A stretch of 64,000 bases of DNA from Squalus acanthias. Its lineage: Eukaryota. Location: positions 13,766,001-13,830,000 of the forward strand of contig CM059433.1 of NCBI GenBank assembly GCA_030390025.1, read 5' to 3'. The translations under genes were made by a program, and so were the position numbers. The notes under the pieces were generated by a model. The model searched no databases. It worked only from the letters and a program-made list of their open reading frames with translations, and was not told where the DNA came from. Each line of letters begins with the position of its first letter. Position 1 is the first letter of the stretch. Below, piece by piece: positions 25,505 to 39,012 of the stretch.

Positions 25505-25745
25505 TACCCAGGGTTTGGAATTCGGCCTTGCCCCACCTGAACCAGTGGTGGGACTTTGTTGTCCCTGCTCTTTCACTTGTAGTTTTGTTTGGGGTGTTTA
25601 GCTTATCTTCATCACCTTTTCACCACTCTTCTACGTTTGGCTACGTAACTACAGTGACCATACCTCAAAGTAATTCATTGCATGTGAAATGCTTTGTGAC
25701 ATTGCTGAGCTAATGATAAGGTGCTATGTATAAATGCAATTTCTT
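25505..25745 (+). mobile_element. Old Deu-type SINE fragment
   Basis: Tail aaagtaattcattg...gtgaaatgctttg...aaggtgcta..taaatgcaa is similar to 53760-53830. Confidence 0.5.
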
Positions 25746-26269
25746 TGTTTCTTAGGCGATAAAACATGCAATCAGCTCAGTGCGTATTTGAAGGCATAGA
25801 AAAGCAAAACACCAGAATCAGCACATTTAAAACTTTAGATCCACCCTTGTGCTGTGCAGGTGTACACTTTACCCTTGGATTGAAATGCAAGTATTTTTGC
25901 TGAAGAGTATCCACAGGAAAATATGGGTTGAAATTGCACTATGCAGTATTAGTATTGAACCCGTTAACATATTTTTATGAAGTTCATTTGTTTGGTATTT
26001 TAATGATGGTGGCATGAGATGAATTCAATTCTTTATTTTGATAGCACTGAAAGGAATTTCATACAACTGTGTTAATATGTTCATTACTAATATAGCACCG
26101 CGCAACCTCAATAGTATTGCTATTGCAAACGAATTGACATAAAAGACAACATTGTTCAATGAGTTATGGCACAGGGCAAAGCAAAGGGTATGGTCTGTAT
26201 CAAATGACAAATCAGCTTCACATTTATAAAGTGAAGTCAGTCCATGAATATAATAAAGAATTGACAATA

Positions 26270-26522
26270 GAGCGTCCGGCGGTAGGTCGGGGTGCGACCG
26301 AAGTTTGTGGCCGGGGCATGAGCGGGACGCTGCGCACGGCGATGATGTAATCACCAGAGGCGCAGCACCACGGGGCGCTGCTGGCTACCGCTGCCGCTAA
26401 CCTCCCGCTGAATTTAGGGGGAGGCGTTAGCGGCATCGCGCCTGGGCGCTAGGTGCTTTGCGCCCCGTTAACGCTCCCGGGGGCGCTAACGGGAGGCGCA
26501 AAGCATCCCAATATTTCCCCCC
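26270..26522. mobile_element. One end of a GGGGGA-family MITE
   Basis: Matches 49875-50114 and 51780-52007, ending in atttccccc. Confidence 0.75.
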
Positions 26523-27318
26523 AGGTGTTTTTAATTCTCCATTCTGCTCTCCCCTGAGGATATTTCAATCTAATTGGCACATTGCAACTGCTGATCTCCA
26601 TCAGCAGCCAGAAGGTCCTGATCACTATGGCCAAACACGCAACTACAGGGCCGAGAGCCCTGCAGCTGCCCTGACGTTGCCCCCCCGCCCAGCATACCAC
26701 CAGTGCTGGACCTTGCCAGGGGGGCGGGCTGCACTGGGCATCCATGTAAATGGCTCAAGAGAGAAACTTGCAGGAGCCTGCGGCTGGACAGGAGCAGTGT
26801 ACTTCGGGTGCACAGCTTCTGTTTAGTGCCCAGGTTAGGGTGCAATGTTAAAAGGAATGAGACCCGGCTACAACGGTCAAGAAAATCCATCCCTGGGTTT
26901 CGAGCTATACTAGCTACTGTATCATGTTTAACATTTAATAATTGATTAGATAGGAGGTTGAAGGAAATAGGGCTGGCACATGGGATTGGGCCTGTTGCTC
27001 ACGTGGAGAATAAGCACTAACACGGACTAGTTGGGCCAAATTATTTGTTTCCGTGTTATAATTTCTATGTAATTCTATAGCTACAACCTTCAATTACTTG
27101 CTTAATGCTATTGTCTGCTGCTATAGTATCACTGAAGTTAACTGCAGCCACTGTTTATAATATACAATGAATTAATTACAGCCTTATCTGCATTTGTACC
27201 TTTGATGCCCAACATTGATCACTTTCACCTCACGACAACTGGCAAAAAAGCGCACCAATAAGTCGTCTTGTAAGCTGCACTGACTTAATTTCATTTGGTA
27301 AATATTTTAAAGTTAAAC

Positions 27319-29360
27319 AGCCCAAAGTTCCGATGCAATGGTGCGGTTGGCACTCGGGTGGATTGGAACCTCCACCCACCTCCAGGTGGCGACACCGACA
27401 CCTCTCACCTATGTATTGTGGGGTCAGCCAATTTAAATAGCCAGAGCTGTGTGCAGGCTGCGTAAATACATCCCGCAAAGCCTCAGAAATGCTGGGGATG
27501 TGGGGAGGGGTGTAGAAAAAATGAAGGGACATGGACCAGAGAGGAGAGGGGAGGAAATGGAAAATGCCTGGTGGAGGAATGGGGGTCGGAGCAGGCAACC
27601 TGGATGAGAAGGATGGCGAACATCAGTATGCCAGACCCCCATTTCCTCATAACGGAGCAGGGGGACAGTTTGCTTGGGCGGTAGGGGCCAACAACCACAC
27701 CTCCCACATCCCAAGAATGTGATATGCATTTTGTCTGGTGTGGTGACTCGCAGTGAATGTCACCTCCTTGACCCCAGGACTCTTTTGCAATGCAACAAAA
27801 AGTTTAACAACTTCACCAGAGCAGCCAAGGGAAGCTACCTGGCCCCCTTTGACTCTTCCATGCTATCTCTTTACATGTGTGGCGCTCCTTCATTCATTAC
27901 CATCACGGTGCCAAAGGAGTCAACAGGTGAAAGTAAGATCTGAAATTAGGAGGCAAAGGGTCCACCGAAGACAACCTCTGGGTTACTGAGCCTGCGGACT
28001 CAGATCTCTGGGGTCCTACTCTATAAAGAATGCTGGATGAGCATCATACTCACATGGCAACTCTGAGGACCTTCTTGGAGGACTTGAAACAGATGGCAGG
28101 GGTCATGGAAGAGTCCTATGCTATTCTCAATGTCAATATCCGAGAAGCATTTGACTTATGAAGATCTTCCTGGAGCAAGTGGTGGCACCAGGAATATCTG
28201 CATTCTGCCACCACGACAGAGAGGCTCCCAGACCAGTCAATGCATCCAAAGTGGATGCTTTGACTACTGAGCATCATGCTTTAGGGGACCATCTGGACAG
28301 ATAGTGCCAACTGGCTTCTCAGAGCTTTGGGGCTCCATATTCTCCAGGGTTTGCAGGATCTAACTCATAACATTGAGTCTGCCCTCCCACTGATGATTGG
28401 ACAGTCAGATCCAGGATGTAGCACAGGTGGGGTGACTAGAATATGCATTCATGATGCCACCCTGATAACGGCTCATGTGACGTTTCCAGTCAGCTCCCTC
28501 ATATGCCTGCTCATGGTGGTGGCAGGATACAGGTCCAGGTTGCCCATGTACCTTGCAGTGATGACACAGCCCGATGAAGAATCTTCTGGGACTCAGAAGT
28601 CCTGAGATAAGGGCCCCTCGATTCCAAGAGCCTAATGATACCACAGCGCAGCCAAGTTCCACCGATCGTCCCTGGCCTTCAGGTATCACAATGGCACAGT
28701 ACCAGAATTTGTTTAAGAGCACCACAGAGAGGTAACAGAGTTAGGTACTAAGCTCTTACTGTAAATATATATGTGCATAGTAAAACCACTTTGTGACACT
28801 TCAGTATTCTGAAGTTAGTCTTTTTTTTAAGCTTGAGAGTATGTTGGAAGGTCAGTTTCTAACAGCTCCTTCTGTGCCTCCTTACTGAATTGTTGCCTTC
28901 TTCGACAGACCTCCCCTGAGACATCATTGAGGGAGCAGTGTGATCTGTAGACTCTAGTAGAAGGGTACTGCCTAGTTGGTCTGGTTCCCCTTGGGTATAG
29001 TCTTATCCTGAGTGCCTCTGTCATTTCCTCTTCCCCCTGCTCCTCTTCACCTCCATCATAAGGACTTGTATGGGAATACCCATGGCAAGAGCTCCATGGC
29101 AGAAAGATGGGAAGAAAAAGATTGCCCTGCCTGAAACCACTGAAAGGCAATTTGCAAAACCCTTTCTTAGCAGCTCAGCTGAGAAAAGATTTTTGCAATC
29201 ACTTCAGTCAAAGCTGATGTTTCAGCTAAATACGGTGGACATTCAAAGCCTGTGAAGGCAACCATTTTCTGGTTTGACAAGTCAAGCAGGAAAATTACCC
29301 CTCTTTTATACAGGCTTAACTTAAGTGCAATTCTGGTACTAAAGGCGGAATTTTTGGGAT
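27319..29360. mobile_element. Decayed, internally deleted PIF/Harbinger (Myb/SANT-like remnant on +, transposase N-terminus on -)
   Basis: + strand PRTLLQCNKKFNNFTRAAK (about 27770-27830); - strand RQYPSTRVYRSHCSLNDVSGEVCRRRQQFSKE (28870-28980); degenerate TIRs CCCAAAGTTCCG / CGGAATTTTTGGG. Confidence 0.6.
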
Positions 29361-29676
29361 AGCAGGAAAAGAAAGAAAGACCTTTCACGGCCTCCCAAAA
29401 CGCTTTACAGCTAATGAGTATTTTTGAATTGTTGTTACTGTTGTAATGTAGGAAACGCAGCAACCATTTTGGGCACAGCAAGTTCCCACAAACAACAATA
29501 TGATAATGACCAGATAATCTATTTTAGTGATGTTTTGCTCATAAGAACATAAGAAATAGGAGCAGGAGTAGGCCATTTGGCCCATCGAGCCTGCTCCGCC
29601 ATTCAATAAGATCATGGGCAATCTTCTACCTCAACTCCACCTTCCTGCTCTATCCCCATATCCCTCGATTCCCTTA

Positions 29677-29941
29677 GGGCTGGATTTTGATACTGGGGCG
29701 GGTTGGGGTCGTGTTATCCACTTTTCGTGTTATCCACCCGACTGCAATTGGACGTGGGAGATTGATGGAATTTTCACCTAATTGGGCAATTGAGTTCCAG
29801 CATGTGGGAACCCATGAACCAATTAGTGTTTTCGGTCTGAAAGTTGCCTCTGATGATGTCATCATTGCTGCTGCATTGAAGGTCTTCAGAGACTGCCTGG
29901 CCTTTGCTGTGAGAGGACCTGGATGCAAAATTAGCAGCAGC

Positions 29942-29997
<56 letters not shown>

Positions 29998-30032
29998 CTG
30001 CGAGAAGACCTGGAGGCAAAATGAGCAGCAGC

Positions 30033-30078
<46 letters not shown>

Positions 30079-30497
30079 CTGCGAGAAGACCTGGAGGCAA
30101 AATGAGCAGCAGCAGCCCTAGCTCTGCTCCCAGATATTTTTCCTCCTCCTACTACTCTGTTGTAATAGTGGACCTGCAGCTAGTCAGCCTTCGAAATGTG
30201 TTACCGCCAGGTTTTACAATCGTGTTTCAGAACAGGCGTGCTTCACGTAGAACAAGGGTTAAAATCATAAAGGCCTTTCAAAATGGCATTATAGAGGCAA
30301 TTTAGTGCTTGTTAAGGGCCTTAATAGCCTATCCCGTCTCTTAGAGGCGGGACGGAGTCGGGACCAGCAGACACGATTTAATTAAAATTGCGTGGAGGTG
30401 GGATGGAGGCGGACTTGTGCCCGCCCGCCAGTTTTTGCAATTTTAACCCCCCACACGCCTCCAAACCCGCCTCCACGGGTCAATGAAAATCCAGCCC
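29677..30497. mobile_element. PIF/Harbinger MITE with an internal (GA)n duplication
   Basis: Perfect TIR GGGCTGGATTTT/AAAATCCAGCCC; canonical TSD TTA. Confidence 0.9.
29934..30115. repeat. Duplicated compound microsatellite (CAG)n-(GA)n plus spacer
   Basis: Two (GA)n tracts, each followed by the identical atttgctgcgagaagacctggaggcaaaatgagcagcagcag. Confidence 0.95.
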
Positions 30498-31054
30498 TTA
30501 GTATCCAAAAGTCTATCGATCTCTGTCTTGAACATACTCAATGACTGAGCATCCACAGCCCTCTGGGGTAGAGAATTCCAAAGATGAATTGATGGATTAA
30601 TATTGGCCAGGACACCAGGGAGAACTCCTCTGCTCTTCTTCGAAATAGTGCTATGGGATCTTTCGCGTGTACCTGAGAGGTTCAACATCTCATTATCCTA
30701 TCATTTGCACACATGCATATCTTGGGGGCAGGCACATCTTCTGTCTGCAGCCACTTCTAACAGAATTTAATGTGTATTTCAGAACTACAGCACTTTTGAA
30801 TCAAATTGGAATTTTGGGCTCAAAATAGATAAATCACCTCCAAATTGTCGACTTTTGTACATTCAGAGTTGAAGTGCATAATTTAAGAGCCAAATGGATT
30901 CCCACTCATTTCTGAGGAACCCCTTTTGTGAAGTATACTTTTTTGCTCCCTCAATATTGGTTTTGAAATTATAAAAATAGTTGGTATGGGACAGAATCAA
31001 TTGATACATAGAAGCAAAAGAAAAATTAGCAACAGGAACAAGATATTTCGGGTA

Positions 31055-31478
31055 CGGTAGCATAGTGGTTATCTTATTGGACTTGAACGTGAACAGGGGC
31101 TTGAACTAATGATCTGGAGACACGAGTTCAAATCCCACCACGGCAGCTGGGGAAATTTAAATTCAGTCAATTAAATAAATCTGGAATAAAAAGCTAGTAT
31201 CAGTAATGGTGACCATGAAACTAGCAGATTGTTGTAAAAACCCATCTGGTTCGCTAATGTCCTTTAGGGAAGGAAATTGGCCGTCCTGACCCAGACTGGC
31301 TCCAGATCCACAGCAATGTGGTTGACTCCCCATGCCCTCTGAAATGGCCCAGCAAGTCACTCAGTTGTATAAGGCGGCTCACCACCTCCTTCTCTCGGGC
31401 AATTAGGGAAGGGCAATAAATGCCGGCCTTGCCGGCGACGCCCACATCCCCATGAACGAATAAATAGTTAAAAAAAAA
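31055..31478 (+). mobile_element. tRNA-headed SINE sharing both ends with the LINE at 17077-22130
   Basis: 31055-31369 aligns to 17077-17376; 31371-31478 aligns to 22030-22130. Confidence 0.9.
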
Positions 31479-31893
31479 TATGTTGCTATCCAGAACATAA
31501 GCATGTTGAGGACACTTATTCAAGTAAGGTGGGAAATACCATGTGAAGTTATTCAACTACCTCAGCAAAACTAATCAGCCATTATCTTAAGGTGTGGAAG
31601 GGAGAAGCACCGCTGTCTAGAGAAGAACGGAAGATCCCCATTTAAGCAGCATTAGAGAACAGCCTGGCTAGCAGGTGCCTCCCATTTACACATGGGGATT
31701 AGAGAGTGCACCTTTCCGTTTAAAGAGGATGGAGGGAGATCTCATTCCACATCACATATTACCATCACGAGAGAACCAGTCAATTCTAAATGACAGCAGC
31801 AATTCAGTCTTTGAACATGTGAACTGTATTGGTCTTAATATGCTCCCACAAATATACCTAACCACCCAAAGCTGTGATCTCTTGCGTACTCTG

Positions 31894-31980
31894 AGTTCTG
31901 ATGTAAGGTCATCTGTTTCCCTCTCCACAGATGCTGCCTGACCTGCTGAGTGTTTCCAGCAGTTACTGTTTTTATTTCTT
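31894..31980 (+). mobile_element. Degenerate Penelope terminal fragment
   Basis: Matches 54594-54697, with the hammerhead partly deleted. Confidence 0.65.
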
Positions 31981-32203
31981 GCATGTTGTGTTGTGTATAA
32001 CGATGAAGCATTTTTGTATTAACTGTATGGTCTGCAAAATCAATCTTGTTGTTACAAATCCTAATCTATGAAAGTATATATCATGTGGACCTTCTTAAGC
32101 AGCCCTGTTTAAATGAAGTTATTGAGGGAAATTTTTCTATCACTGTTATCTGAGGGGTTTCATACGCCTTGCCTGTTTCCTCCCTTTATTTCGTGAAGAC
32201 TTT

Positions 32204-32938
32204 GGGGGAAAAATTCGGTATCGATCATTTTGGGGCGCTAACATCGCCTGGGCGCTTCTTTAGCGCCGGCCTCCGTGAAATTGAGTTATAGCGCCCCAAG
32301 AGGGAAGTGGAATGTGAAATCAAGCGCTCCACTTCCTTCTTAGGGCGCTAACGTCAGAGAGCGGGGCGGTGACTTCAGCAGACTGGGCCGTGCAGCGCTG
32401 CCGCGTTCAAAGACTCCTTCTCTCCCTTAAAGGGAAGGGCCATCACTGCAGACTCTGCAATTTAAAAAGTACCTACCTGGACCACCAAGGCAGCTGCGCT
32501 CCAGCGCGATCAGCCCGACACTCAAGCAGAGCGCCGGGCTGATCGATCGCGGGCAGGAACCTGCGATAAAACCTAGAACAGGAAAGGTAAGTTTTTTTCC
32601 CACTTACCTCGACCACTTCGCCTTTAATCATCGCCCCCGAAGCGGCTGGCCTCCCGATACACGCCTCCTGCAGCTGTCGGTGTTTTCGACCGGTGCTGCT
32701 GCAGGGAGCGGAAGTCAATTTTGGGTCCAGGGCGCTACCGGGGCGATGCGCACAGCGATGACATCACGCTCTCCGGGCAAAAGAGATTGAGGCACAATGC
32801 CGTAGCGCTGCTGCAAAACTCCCGCTGAATATGGCGGGAGTCGATGACAGCGCCGCGCCCGGTCGCAAAGCCATTTGCGCCCCGTTAGCGCCCTTCGGGG
32901 GCACTAACAGGAGGCGCAAAGGCACCCACTTTCACTCC
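32204..32938. mobile_element. Harbinger-like MITE (GGGGGA-AAATT family, different interior)
   Basis: GGGGGAAAAATTCGG start; AGCGCC subterminal arrays; gaggcgcaaa right end. Confidence 0.75.
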
Positions 32939-33626
32939 GTTGGTGAGGTATCCTTCCAAGGTAATTGGCATCCCTCTGGTTCCACTCCTAAGTGGCCATT
33001 CGTTACATTCTGAATGTTAACAGGCTATTTAAACATGTAGGGCATCACAATGTGCGAAGTTCAACAATAATACTTATGCTGAACATGACGCCAGATTAAT
33101 TTTGGTTAAAACTTGTCAATATAAACCAGCGTGAGAAAAAAACTGTAAGCAAAGACAAGAGTGTTATTAAACCAGTCAATGCTCAGTTCTGACTGATGTA
33201 CAATTAAATAAAATTGGGCGACAGATTAGGAATATGAAATTGATTAGAACAAGCAGATTGCAATTAAATGAAAAAGAGCTTGAACATATAGCTTCAAGAA
33301 ACAAACTATAACTACATATTAATAGATAACACTTTCTAGCAATGGTAGCTGGAATTCCACCACAGCTCGTAGATTAATTAGATCATTTAACCCCTGAATA
33401 CAAACCTCAGTAAGGCAAAAAGAACAATTAGGTGGGAACTGAGAACAGACGACAAAACAAAAACCTCACAGATAAATATATTTTAGTACTTTGCATTGAA
33501 ATATGCACTTAATTACTCGGAGAATCTATACAAATACTCTGAACTGGGAAACTAGAATAATGAATGGTTTGACCACCAGTACAGGAGCTTTCAAAGCTAA
33601 AGCAATCTACCAATGAAATAAATATT

Positions 33627-34320
33627 GGGCCGTATTTTGCGACCCCTATGGGTGCGTACGAGGTGTGTACGCGCCCGTAGGGGCTGCGCAACTTCCGGGT
33701 TTGGGCATGCACTAAAACACGGCACTTGCGATCTGTCAAGAATCCTCCGCACCCCTGGGAGATGGGCCTCTGCGGGTGGAGAGTTGCGCTATTTGCCCAA
33801 CTTCCGCCAGCTGAAAGGCCGTGGAATTCTTATGCCTGGCAAAAGCACGGGTAAGGCCTGCGTTTACCAGCATAAGAGTTTTAAAAAATAGAAAAATAAA
33901 ATGTTATCACTCATTTATAAATTAAAATAGCCCTGTAAAAAGATATTTTTTTTCTCCAAAAAATTTAATTTTTGTTTAAAATATTTAATTAAATGGCATT
34001 TTAATTAATTTTAAATATGTAATTAAAAAATGTTTTTTTCATTTGTTGGTGTATTCTTTAAGTGATCCCCATTCATACTTATGGGAGTTCCGTACGTACG
34101 GAACTCCCATAAGTATTGATGGGGATTCCCTTCTTTTATTGGTTGGGCCGGCCCACGTGATCCCAGGGGTGCCCACGAACCGCCTGCATCCCTGGGATAT
34201 GGGGACCTCTGCCTGCGCGGACCCGGAGAGGCCCAGGAGTGCAAGTCTCTGAATCTCGCAGACCACCAGGTAAATGTGTAGATATTTTACAGGTCAGAGG
34301 CGTCAGCCAAATGTTGGCCC
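33627..34320. mobile_element. Harbinger-like MITE with an AT-rich core and a perfect internal palindrome
   Basis: GGGCC...GGCCC ends; same layout as 58722-59487; TSD not preserved. Confidence 0.7.
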
Positions 34321-36335
34321 AAAGACTCTTACTTACCATACCATCTTACTACACCTCTCAAACTGTAAATGAAAACAGCTGATCGGTAAATATTTTGACT
34401 ATAGTTCACTAAATCGTGAATTCAGCAATTTAAGCTGAGCAAAAACAACACAACAAAAATTGTACTTTGTAGAAAATTATCAAACTGCAGAAACACATTT
34501 GCTCCTTCCAGGTGCAATTAGCCACTGAACTAAATCTATTTAATCTGCTCAACACTAAATTATTGAGATTGGGGGAAAATGCTCACATTGGATCCATAAT
34601 TTTACAGGAATGATTGAAATGCACTTTGGTAAACTGGAATTCTTTGTTTGATTAGAACTGTGCTTTTCAACGGCATTATACTTAGAAACATGTGAAAACA
34701 AAGGACAGGAAAAGACCAACTAGTCTATTGAGTCTGTGCTATACTGCCATGGTGCAACTTCTACACACCATGAAACCCAGATGACATTATCCCCTTCCAT
34801 CAACCCCCAACTCCCCAACTCATCAGCCGTGCAAGATCCTGGGAGAGGCAAAAAAAAAAACAGGGTAAGCAAATTTAGGAAAAAGCACTGGGAAATTCCT
34901 TTCAGACATTGGCAATGTAATTTCCCATCAGCAAACCTGCCATTTCAACCATTTTTTTCTTTGTTTTCTGTCCACCTGGCTATGGGATGTTGTCAGCACT
35001 GATATTTAGCACTGCTGCCTTTGTGGAACATTTACCACAATGTGGGGCTCTCCCACTACCTACAGTACAAAGAGTTCTATTTAAACCACAGGTCCGACAC
35101 TGCATTCCTGAAAGAGCGGAGTGTAATACCGTTTGGAGTGAAATCACACAGGGGTTTGGCCTTTGTTAAAAGAGTGGACAAAATCATTTCATGGCAATGT
35201 GTTAATGCATTTGTATTCTCATATTGCATAGTGTGATTTCATCCAAATTAAATGTTTACTTTAAGGGATTACTTCACCCTACTGTACAGTATTTTATGTC
35301 TTTAAATGTTGCTCTAAGATTTAAATGCTAATAAATTTTATGATGTTAAATGTCTCAGATGAAAGTCTATAGATCAGCATTTATACCTGAATTGATAATT
35401 ATAGATTCTAGAGGAATCACTCAGTATACAGAAACCTTCAGCTTTGTAACAACATTCACAATAAAATACATAATCAGTTTTTGCCTTTTTGATCTTTAGG
35501 GATTTAATTTCCTCTAGGCACTATATTTTTTTAGCAAACTAATCAATGTGTTGCTTTAACTTCCTGTCTAACATATTAAACTAATGTGTTAATATAGTGC
35601 ACAGAGGGAATTAAACCCCTTGAGATCTAATTATATCCGTTCAGGGGAAATATACCCTGTCACGGGCTTCAAAATTAGAAGTAACACAATTCTTTTCTAA
35701 TTGACTCATCAGTTATGTCAAATTCAAATATAAACAAATACTGTCCTTGCTAAACTACCAAAGAAAACAGGTACAGCTGAATTTAAAATTAAGTGTAGAT
35801 ACAGGAAGAATTACTACATTATCATGACTGTAGTTACTTCTACACTGGTCTTAGGAGGGTGCTTTGGGGGTGGGGGGGCGGGGGGGAGGGTAAGAAATGG
35901 TCTTCTCAGCATCTGGTCTTAGCAAATCTGGCAGGTTTACATTGGGGTTACTGCCGGGTGCATGAGAACTGACAGCACAAGCACCTTTCTAAATCCCATG
36001 TAAAACCCGCTAGCGACTATCCAAGCCAACCATCTCAACAGGATGGAGATGTCTCAGCTTGCTATGAGCACAGCTATTACATTGTCTAATCATTTCACAC
36101 TTTCCCTATAAAGTTATTCAACATATCCATTCAAGCTGATGATATTTGTCAATCAGTATAATTGTGTATAATTACTGTGTAAACTACCATTGGTGGTCAG
36201 AGATATTAAATTGGTTGGATGTGCTTTATCCAAAAGAAGGGCTTGAATAGATATTGCTCCTTATCACATCTCTTAGAAACATCTCCGCACTTCACATAGT
36301 TACTTGGATACAACAGGAGTGATGTAAAAGATAGA

Positions 36336-37838
36336 AAGAAAGACTTGCATTTATATAGCGCCTTTCACGACCACCAGACGTCTCAAAGCGCTTCACAGCC
36401 AATGAAGTACTTTTTGAAGTGGAGTCACTGTTGTAATGTGGGAAACGCGGCAGCCAATTTGCGCACAGCAAGCTCCCACAAACAGCAATGTGATAATGAC
36501 CAGATAATCTGTTTTTGTTATGTTGGTTGAGGGATAAATATTGGCCAGGACACCGGGGATAACTCCCCTGCTCTTCTTCGAAATAGTGCCATGGGATCTT
36601 TTACGTCCACCTGAGAGAGCAGACGGGGCCTCGGTTTAACGTCTCATCTGAAAGACGGCACCTCCTGTGAAGGAATAAGCCATAAAACCTATTCAGAAAA
36701 ATACACCATTCTATGAAAGAATTCTGGCCTTATTAAAGCATGACAAACTGGGTCTGGAAATCTGGAAGCCTCAACAATCTAAAGCTGTGATAGAATTCTG
36801 GCTATTGAGATAAGATAGTTGTTGACACTGAATCAATAACTTTATTGAAACAGAAGGATAAAGGCTCATGACAGTCTGAATCTTTCGGAAGAAACAAAGG
36901 TTCACCCTGTACAAGGTGTTCTAATTTACACTTCATAAAGAGTCACAAACAGAAGGCCTTAGTAAAAATGACATCAAATAAAATGCACCTGCTGTTACAC
37001 CATTTTTTATGGTAAGCTTCGAACACCTAGAGGAGAGACACGAGTCTGTATTGCTACCAGCTGAGGTGACTAAGAATTGCAGAATTCAGCAGAAAAATGA
37101 CTAGAGATAATTAGCTTACATCAGCAGAAAACCTTAAAGGGTATAAATATTGAACTCTCAAGTAGGATAATAGATTCGCTGTAAAGGGGCAAAGCGATTC
37201 TCAGGCTTCAGAGATGGCTCTGTAAGTCTACAACTCTTTGTACCTTGGGGATCAAGGTACTGTATTTGATTTTGGTGGATATCCTGAATAAACATTAAGA
37301 ACTGTAAAACTGTAGCGAAGTTAAGATTTGAGAATAAGGATCTCTGATAATAGAATTGAAAGCTTTCTCTTTTTGGAACTGTTAATGTTGCGATTGAATC
37401 ACCAACTGTAAATGACATGTCGGTTCTTTAATAAATCTATATATTTTTAGAATTGTCTCACATAATACTTCTGTATCAAACTCGTGAACTCAATCTCTGT
37501 ACTCTCTTTGGTGAGGAGTTGCAGAATTCTGGGGGAGTTTTCCGAACCCTCATAATATCCAGAAGGTTACAGTCTAGCTAAACTTATTAAAAGTGCTATC
37601 TGGAGGACGGTAATATCTTCAGGTTGTTCCTTTCCTTTAGGGAGAGATAGTCCGGACCTTTAGACCCAATTAAGCGTCTTTAGGATTCGGCTACCTCAAA
37701 CTTTAGTTGAAAGTGAACGTCTGGGGAATACGCCTGATCTGGGGTAGCCCTAAAGGGGCTAGGACTAGTAATTATCCTTCACTCCAACAGTGAAGCGCTC
37801 CCTCAGCACTGCACTGGGAGTGTCAGCCTAGCTTTATG
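36336..37838 (-). mobile_element. Deu-domain (SacSINE1-like) SINE split by solo LTR D
   Basis: Reverse complement of 53456-53833; continuous once 36666-37785 is removed. Confidence 0.85.
36666..37781 (+). mobile_element. Solo LTR D (1116 bp)
   Basis: TGTGAAGG...CCTTCA ends; 4-bp TSD CTCC; TATAAA at 37142; AATAAA at about 37287 and 37430. Confidence 0.85.
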
Positions 37839-39012
37839 TAGGCAGAAGCAGTAGTTATTTTGTACGCAAACAGCAATGATGGTGTTGGTTTTGATCATTT
37901 TCCTCAAATGGTCAGCCAGCAGTATGCTGGTCAGGGGTTTGGCATCTCTGGATTGGCTCGGAGATCATCAAAGATCCCAACTTCAATGTTCCAGGACATA
38001 TGTGGCTCCTCCTATTTTGTGATGTCACTGGAATGGACAGCTGGCATGGCAGGTTTCTATTGTGGTAAGAAATATGACATCTTTTTAAAAACTTCAAGGA
38101 ATAGTTATTTTTTAAATATATGATTTATATAAGTACTCTGAATGAGAAGTCCTTCCCCCCCTAGCTGTTTCTTTCTCTTCAAATCCCTGTTGTGAAATCT
38201 ACTGTAGCTGTTACGTGAAGTGAAGTGAAATCCAGGAAGATGGCGTGAGGCCTGATAGGGGTTGTAATTTTTATTAAAATGGAAAAATTTGACACTTCAC
38301 AAAATTAAAATGAGTTTTTCAGGGCCATAATGTTTGTTCAGCAATCAATACGCTGTTAAAACCTCAGTTACACCTAATCCTAAAGAGTTGAACTTTTAAT
38401 GGGGTATTTAACAGTGATATTACCGCGGAAAAGCTGAAGTTTTCGTCAGTTTCACTGGTTTCCCTGATTACACTGATTGCCGGCTATGGGGTGGGGGGGT
38501 GGGGGGGGATGGGGAGCTCAGTGCAGCCAGTGTCGGAGCAGTCAATGACTGACCGCAACTTCAGGATTCATATGCAAAACTCAAATCTTCTCTCTAAGGA
38601 CCTTAGCCATTAGCTTGCCACCGAGCAATCTATTCTGCTTCTACAATTCATGCCGTCTATAATATAGTTAAAAAAAACCCCACATCTCTCTTTGGGATTC
38701 CTCTGCTCTGCAAAGCTGATGCAGCTGTGTGCAGAAGATCGGATCATTAGAACAGACATGGTTTATGTTTGAGTTGTGTGAATCACAAAGAAAGTTATTC
38801 CATGACGAAGATACGGGGGGGTGGAATAACCCCCCAAAACGGGCACAGGGATCATGATGTGTGATTAACCTGCGCCTGTTGATTGCAATACAGGCAGCAC
38901 GACAAATTCGTGCGGCTTGCTGATTATCATGATTGCTGTGTGTAGCCAGTGCTATTGACACTGTTCATAGACATCACGCATCAGCAGAGGGCCCGATATC
39001 ACAAGTGCCTGG

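Larger units (their letters stand above)
29368..30690 (-). mobile_element. Deu-domain SINE containing a HER1 tail (29541-30585), itself containing a MITE
   Basis: SINE sequence stops at about 29540 and resumes at about 30586 (..taaatattggccaggacacc..). Confidence 0.75.

Noticed and set aside
29687..30121. ORF with RERERE repeats
   Set aside because: Translation of the (GA)n microsatellite.
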